From the UHGV virus genome UHGV-0386856: a DNA stretch of 39,370 nucleotides, one strand, 5' to 3'. The position numbers and the translations under genes were made by a program. Positions 35,148 to 39,370 of the stretch are shown here, piece by piece (position 1 is the first letter of the stretch; every line of letters starts with the position of its first letter). This stretch comes from a virus. The notes below the pieces were generated by a model. It saw only the letters and a program-made list of their open reading frames with translations. It had not been told where the DNA came from and did no database searches.

Positions 35148-35158
35148 TTTGCTCCTCC

Positions 35159-35977
35159 TTAATTCGAATTCAACAGCTGCTCTTCCAGAGAGTCCATGTC
35201 GTAATCCCTGCGATTAAAGTTGTTATTATTTTTATGCACCGGCTCTGATCTCACTGGGATTCTGCCCTTATCCTGCTCTTTGGATAGCCAATTATTTATA
35301 AATCTTGCGATTCCTCTCTTTGTTTTTCTTCTTGTTTTGTTGCTGTCCAACCAAGATTTCATTTTTCTAAGTTCCTGCATCACATCGACGGCAGGGAATA
35401 ATTCGCTCCACTCTGATACATTATCTTCGTAGATCCAATGCTCTGTATCATCATTTAACGAGAGCGATATGATTTTTTTTCGGTCTGGAGCTTCTGGCTC
35501 CGGACAAGTAGTATTTATACTACTCTTATCTATACTATCCTTACCTAACCTAACCTGGGTTTCCAGAGCGTCAACCGTATGGGTGTCACTTGGTTGGCAA
35601 ATGGTTGATAACTGGTTGGCAGATGGTTGACAAGTGGTTGCAAGAACATATTTACCGTTCAAATTCTCCAGTTTATTCAATTCATCCAAACATCTTGTCT
35701 GTGTGTATCTGTCTTTTCTAATCGAATTGTTGATTTTCCAGTCAGAAATGACGATAACTCCACTTTCAAATGGAATGATAAACCCTTTTGCGACCAGTAT
35801 TTTCAAGTCATCCTCCGCCGCGCCAACCATTCTTACGATTTGCTTTGGTGATGATACAAAACCATCATCATCAGCTTTCATTCCGAATTGCAAGTACAGC
35901 GCTTGGGTTGACGAAGGCATCTCAACAAATCTGTCTGTGCATACCACGTCCGCCGAAAACATTCTTCTGTTTGCCAT
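35159..35977 (-). CDS. Replisome organiser / origin-binding protein (phage_rep_org_N-like) containing the iteron origin in its coding sequence
   Basis: N-terminal domain plus low-complexity linker encoded by iterons, as in SPP1 G38P-type and lactococcal phage replication proteins; C-terminal basic region. Confidence 0.6.
   Translation of the reverse strand: MANRRMFSADVVCTDRFVEMPSSTQALYLQFGMKADDDGFVSSPKQIVRMVGAAEDDLKILVAKGFIIPFESGVIVISDWKINNSIRKDRYTQTRCLDELNKLENLNGKYVLATTCQPSANQLSTICQPSDTHTVDALETQVRLGKDSIDKSSINTTCPEPEAPDRKKIISLSLNDDTEHWIYEDNVSEWSELFPAVDVMQELRKMKSWLDSNKTRRKTKRGIARFINNWLSKEQDKGRIPVRSEPVHKNNNNFNRRDYDMDSLEEQLLNSN
35591..35645. repeat. Putative origin iterons: five direct TGGTTG repeats with exact 11-bp periodicity (35591, 35602, 35613, 35624, 35635), plus inverted AACCTAACCTAACC tract at about 35541..35560
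   Basis: Read directly: TGGTTGGCAAA TGGTTGATAAC TGGTTGGCAGA TGGTTGACAAG TGGTTGCAAGA. Confidence 0.7.
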
Positions 35978-36387
35978 TACTCATCCTCCGCAATATAGAC
36001 CACCACGCAAGGTGTATCCGAGTACACTTTTTCAATCTCCAGACTGGTTACCTGCTTATCATCCGTATATGCGACTCCATTCAGGCCATCCAGAATGATT
36101 TTTGCAATGTTGTCTAAGTCAGGCTTCTTATTCGGCTTCATTTCTCCTTTTAAAGCCCTATCCTTATTCTTCTTAGACCAGCTCTCTGGAATCGGAAATT
36201 TCGCTAAAATTCGAACCCTCAGAGGGATATCTGTGTAAAGCACGCCTATGCTCTGCTTGTAAATCCTTGCAACTTCCTTTTCGTATTTTTTGCTTTCGTC
36301 TGGCGTATATGTAATGACTTTAAATCCGGCTCTGCGGAATCTCGGTCTTGCTTTTCCAACCGGTTTGCCCGGAATTGTAATTACCAT
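35977..36387 (-). CDS. rusA: RusA-family Holliday junction resolvase
   Basis: MVITIPGKPVGKARPRF... typical RusA N-terminus and size (136 aa). Confidence 0.75.
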   Translation of the reverse strand: MVITIPGKPVGKARPRFRRAGFKVITYTPDESKKYEKEVARIYKQSIGVLYTDIPLRVRILAKFPIPESWSKKNKDRALKGEMKPNKKPDLDNIAKIILDGLNGVAYTDDKQVTSLEIEKVYSDTPCVVVYIAEDE

Positions 36388-36402
36388 TTATTCTCCTTTC
36401 TG

Positions 36403-36421
36403 CTCCCGGAATTACCGGGAG
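36403..36421. promoter_or_regulatory. 19-bp palindrome CTCCCGG-AATTA-CCGGGAG in an unusually long (110 nt) intergenic region; possible regulatory site or middle promoter region
   Basis: Perfect 7-bp arms; no adjacent U-tract on either strand. Confidence 0.35.
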
Positions 36422-36497
36422 ACAATGAATCTGGCTTACTTAAGGTATTTGTGACGTACTGTGCAGCCATGAACGGGTTACAATTTATAGCGAAAGG

Positions 36498-36878
36498 TTA
36501 CCCTTTGCTAACATAGTGAAATTCTTGTCGGAACTGCTCTTCTGTTCCGTAGTGCTGCAAATAATATTCCTTGCAGCGTTTTCTTAAGTCTCTGTCAACT
36601 TTCGCTGCATTCTTCCCCGCTTTCGTTCCGTTTGGATGTAGGTCTGGTCTCAATGGAGCGATAAAACCATAATCCTCCGAAAGTTCAATTTCTTTCGATG
36701 TGTGACTAAAAACATGATGCCTCTCCACTCCGTAAGCTCCGGTGTGCATGCAGTGATCCATATCTTCTGTAAATATGCTCCACAGCTTCTTTGGTCTGCC
36801 GGATGCTCTTTGATGACCTTTTTTCTTTTTCTTTCGCTTCGGCTTTGGGAATGCCATGTCACTGTAATCAATACTCAC
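36498..36878 (-). CDS. Phage protein with AFPKPKRKKKKK N-terminal motif and His/Cys residues (DUF968-like?; putative nuclease)
   Basis: ORF with GTG start and RBS GGGGGA; motif resemblance only. Confidence 0.55.
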   Translation of the reverse strand: MSIDYSDMAFPKPKRKKKKKGHQRASGRPKKLWSIFTEDMDHCMHTGAYGVERHHVFSHTSKEIELSEDYGFIAPLRPDLHPNGTKAGKNAAKVDRDLRKRCKEYYLQHYGTEEQFRQEFHYVSKG

Positions 36879-37414
36879 AGTTCAATCCCCCATTTTTGTC
36901 TAAGCTCTTCTTTTTCATCTGGGGTCAAAAGGTCTGCATCTGGTATTCCAAACTCTCTGCAATCTTCCAACACGCCTTTGATGAGTCTGCTCATTTCTTT
37001 GGTGTTATACTTGCTTGACCCTTTGTAACATTGCAGAGTGTGTAATGTTTCAGCTCTCCCTTTAAGGTCTTTTACTTCCTGTGCTCCACGATCTATCACA
37101 ATCCGGAACACAGACTGTGCCAGATAGATGTCTTTTTCCCGGAGCGGTATGTACTCAAAAGCACCGTGGGATTTTAATTCATTTAGGTACGCTTGCCATC
37201 TGGTAATATCCAGCTTGTCTGCTAATTTATCCAGTAACACCCACAAATAAGAGTTTGCATCAAGGCTTCTTTTTGCTCTGTATGGCTTTATTTCAAGCGT
37301 TAATTTCTCATAGGCTTTCAATTCATCATAGGCTTGTCGGAAGTCCTCTTCGGATTCGAATAGGATGGTGTGGCAATCTATCAAACGGCCTTTTAATCTT
37401 CCTGTGAACCTCAT
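36875..37414 (-). CDS. ninB: NinB/Orf-family recombination mediator
   Basis: RSLDANSYLWVLLDKLAD matches lambda NinB RSLDQNRKLWACLGDVS region; GTGA overlap with the downstream gene. Confidence 0.6.
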   Translation of the reverse strand: MRFTGRLKGRLIDCHTILFESEEDFRQAYDELKAYEKLTLEIKPYRAKRSLDANSYLWVLLDKLADKLDITRWQAYLNELKSHGAFEYIPLREKDIYLAQSVFRIVIDRGAQEVKDLKGRAETLHTLQCYKGSSKYNTKEMSRLIKGVLEDCREFGIPDADLLTPDEKEELRQKWGIEL

Positions 37415-38130
37415 TATTCTTCTCCCATATTTCTCATAAGCTTTTTAAATTGCTCCACTGTCAGTTCTCGCAAACCCGACACCTTATAATGCCGACACAC
37501 ATTCGCTATTGTCTGCTTATGCCTCGGAATGCAAATTTCTAGTGTTTTTACCTGTGATTCGGTCACATAGTTTTCGAGAGGTTCTTCTTGACTAGCAGGA
37601 TTATAATTTCCGACATTTCTACCAAGCGAAAATACTACTTTTCCGGTTTTCTCATTTTCGATTTTCAGGGCATCTATGTTTCTTTCTTTGTCATAGCCAA
37701 CATAACTTACTCGGAAACGATCATAACAAGTGCTTCCGTTACCATTCTGTTTCGCGGAAATTTCGCATTTATCGGATGGGATCCAAATAAACGGAGCAGT
37801 ATATAACTCTCTTCCGATTCCCCAATTAAAGCAGGCTCTCTTAAAGCTGTCAGATGCAAGACCCTTTTCTTTTTCGGTAAAGCTTTCTGTTCCTGTGTCT
37901 TCTTTTGGAACCCAGATGCCTTTATCGTTATCCCATATACTCACGGTGCAGTTTGCGTTGTCTCTGCTGTGTTCTCTTTTCCAATTTAACTTTCCAACAG
38001 TTTCATCCAAGATATTCATATCGCACCTTGCGTCTTTGTATAGTAATAGTGATATCCCATTACTCTTCACCGTTGCGATCCGACATTCAATCTCGTTTGC
38101 TTTTAATGTTCTAAACTCCATATTTCTCAC
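37414..38130 (-). CDS. Rad52/Sak-family single-strand annealing protein
   Basis: ASDSFKRACFNWGIGRELYTAPF motif typical of Rad52-like SSAPs. Confidence 0.7.
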   Translation of the reverse strand: MRNMEFRTLKANEIECRIATVKSNGISLLLYKDARCDMNILDETVGKLNWKREHSRDNANCTVSIWDNDKGIWVPKEDTGTESFTEKEKGLASDSFKRACFNWGIGRELYTAPFIWIPSDKCEISAKQNGNGSTCYDRFRVSYVGYDKERNIDALKIENEKTGKVVFSLGRNVGNYNPASQEEPLENYVTESQVKTLEICIPRHKQTIANVCRHYKVSGLRELTVEQFKKLMRNMGEE

Positions 38131-38595
38131 CTACCGAATCTGAATATTATTATTCTGCACCAATACAACGCCAGAGAGTTCAACCCCATCTTTCAGGGCT
38201 TTTTTCACCTTGGTCTTGTCCACTTCTGGATCAGTGTACTTCAAGTATTCTTCATCCAGCTTTGAAATATCCTGCACCTCTACACTCTCTGATTTTCGAT
38301 AAGAAATGCTGACTCTTGGTGTCTTAAATTTTTCACCACATAAATAACCAGACAGGTATTCTTTCAAGTTTCTTGCCTTGTTTTCACATGTTTTCTGGCG
38401 GTCAGCCAGTTTGTTTTTCTCTGCTTTGATTGCTTCTGCATCAGATAAGAGGTTTTTGATCCAGAGAGCAATTCCCTCTACCTTTTTATCAAAATCCATC
38501 TGCAACCGTGCCAGTTTTTCCGGATCAATAATCTCTCCAGTCTCCTGATCTACGCAATTTAAAATCTCTTCATCAATCTCGTATAATGTTGCCAT
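38131..38595 (-). CDS. Siphovirus Gp157-family protein
   Basis: MATLYEIDEE... N-terminus and size resemble the Sipho_Gp157 family; strong RBS GGAGGAGATAACAAATG. Confidence 0.6.
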   Translation of the reverse strand: MATLYEIDEEILNCVDQETGEIIDPEKLARLQMDFDKKVEGIALWIKNLLSDAEAIKAEKNKLADRQKTCENKARNLKEYLSGYLCGEKFKTPRVSISYRKSESVEVQDISKLDEEYLKYTDPEVDKTKVKKALKDGVELSGVVLVQNNNIQIR

Positions 38596-38722
38596 TTGTT
38601 ATCTCCTCCATAAAATCGCAATAATTTTGATAATGTCTTCTCCGTACTTTAAAATATCTCTCACTCTCAACAGCTTCTCGTTCCGTCATTTCTTCTTGCT
38701 CGGTATCTGTATAGCTAAGCAT
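38573..38722 (-). CDS. Unannotated small ORF (49 aa) overlapping both neighbours
   Basis: RBS AGGAGGAACAGTATG; fills a 119-nt gap. Confidence 0.3.
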   Translation of the reverse strand: MLSYTDTEQEEMTEREAVESERYFKVRRRHYQNYCDFMEEITNGNIIRD

Positions 38723-38984
38723 ACTGTTCCTCCGCCTTGTCCACTGCTATTTCCAGTAATCCTTTGACTGCATCGATTGCGTTATCTAAGGCGTAATCCG
38801 ACTCGATTTTTATGTTTAAATCGTAGTCACCTGCCACAAATCCATTTTTCATAGCGTATAAAGAGATTCTGTCCCCGAAATTTGAAAAATCAATTTCTAT
38901 GTACGGGAATCCGTTTTTGCCTTTTCCATGATCTTGAATGTCAAGAACTAAATCCAAAAGTTCATGTATTTTCTTTCTATTCAT
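38715..38984 (-). CDS. Hypothetical protein (89 aa)
   Basis: RBS AGGAGGATAAGCAATG placed over the stop of the repeat-protein gene. Confidence 0.6.
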   Translation of the reverse strand: MNRKKIHELLDLVLDIQDHGKGKNGFPYIEIDFSNFGDRISLYAMKNGFVAGDYDLNIKIESDYALDNAIDAVKGLLEIAVDKAEEQYA

Positions 38985-38995
38985 TGCTTATCCTC

Positions 38996-39370
38996 CTACT
39001 CATCCTTGGACAATCTAAACTCCATCAAATCTGCCAGCATCAAATATTCCTTTGCCAGTCGGCTGTCTCCGTGTCGTTCTTTCACCTTTTCTCTAAATTC
39101 CCTCAGTGTTCCGTAAAAACATCCACATCTCACGCTGATTCCGCCGTCTTTCGTGCGGAAAAATGTTGTCGTCCTATTTTCTGACCCGAAACAGCTTGTA
39201 GCAGAATAATCGCGGCAGTTTTGAACCCAAGCGTTACCGGATACCTGAGCGTTACCGTATACCCGAGCGTTACCGTATACCTGAGCGTCACCGGATACCT
39301 GAGCGTTACCGTATACCCGAGCGTTACCGTATACCCGAGCGTTACCGTATACCCGAGCGTTACCGTATAC
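38996..39370 (-). CDS. Hexapeptide tandem-repeat protein, C-terminal part (continues from position 1); non-repeat C-terminal domain ...WVQNCRDYSATSCFGSENRTTTFFRTKDGGISVRCGCFYGTLREFREKVKERHGDSRLAKEYLMLADLMEFRLSKDE
   Basis: Reading frame from 39370 downward is in phase with 1..300; stop TAG at 38998..38996. Confidence 0.75.
   Translation of the reverse strand, partial: VYGNARVYGNARVYGNARVYGNAQVSGDAQVYGNARVYGNAQVSGNAWVQNCRDYSATSCFGSENRTTTFFRTKDGGISVRCGCFYGTLREFREKVKERHGDSRLAKEYLMLADLMEFRLSKDE
39227..39370. repeat. 18-bp tandem repeats (exactly 8 units ending at the window end), same family as 1..165
   Basis: Units 39227-39244 ... 39353-39370. Confidence 0.95.

Noticed and set aside
1-39370. 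Interpretation as an integrated prophage with host flanks
   Set aside because: No host-like genes at either end; the ends join in frame within one gene, so a circular molecule is the simpler explanation

Overview
The window reads as a complete, circularly permuted temperate siphovirus-like phage genome of about 39.4 kb with a low-GC Firmicutes signature (AGGAGG-type RBS, frequent ATGA/TGATG start-stop overlaps, GTG/TTG starts). The two window ends cut through one gene. A minus-strand ORF starts at 300..298 and runs off position 1. It continues in the same frame and the same 18-bp repeat phase at 39370 and stops at 38996. The sequence is therefore most likely a circular molecule linearised inside a tandem-repeat tract, not a prophage with host flanks. 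The plus strand carries a lysogeny module at 2359..6753: ImmR-like XRE repressor, ImmA/IrrE metalloprotease, a PD-(D/E)XK nuclease-like protein plus a lipoprotein (moron-like pair), and a large serine integrase followed by a candidate attP. A second plus-strand accessory operon (7214..8730) has a consensus sigma-A promoter with a palindromic operator in its spacer. Nearly everything else is on the minus strand. From 2193 down it reads, in transcription order: Cro-like (DUF739) regulator, antirepressor, small membrane proteins, the hexapeptide-repeat gene (wrapping), Gp157, Rad52/Sak annealase, NinB, RusA, replisome organiser with internal 11-bp iterons, YopX, DUF551, ArpU-like late activator, tRNA-Asn, TerS/TerL, portal, MuF minor head protein with a C-terminal extension, a phage-encoded Prp-like cysteine protease, scaffold, major capsid, connectors, major tail, G/GT chaperones, tape measure, Dit, Tal, XhlA, holin, amidase endolysin. 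Observations worth a second look are listed below. They include the phage Prp homologue with LQLF-A motifs on scaffold, capsid and major tail proteins, a tRNA-like minihelix, several unannotated small overlapping ORFs, operator architecture GTTCAA-N4-TTGAAC, and possible MuF toxin/immunity and defence-like morons. All functional calls rest on motif recognition by eye; no database search was run.
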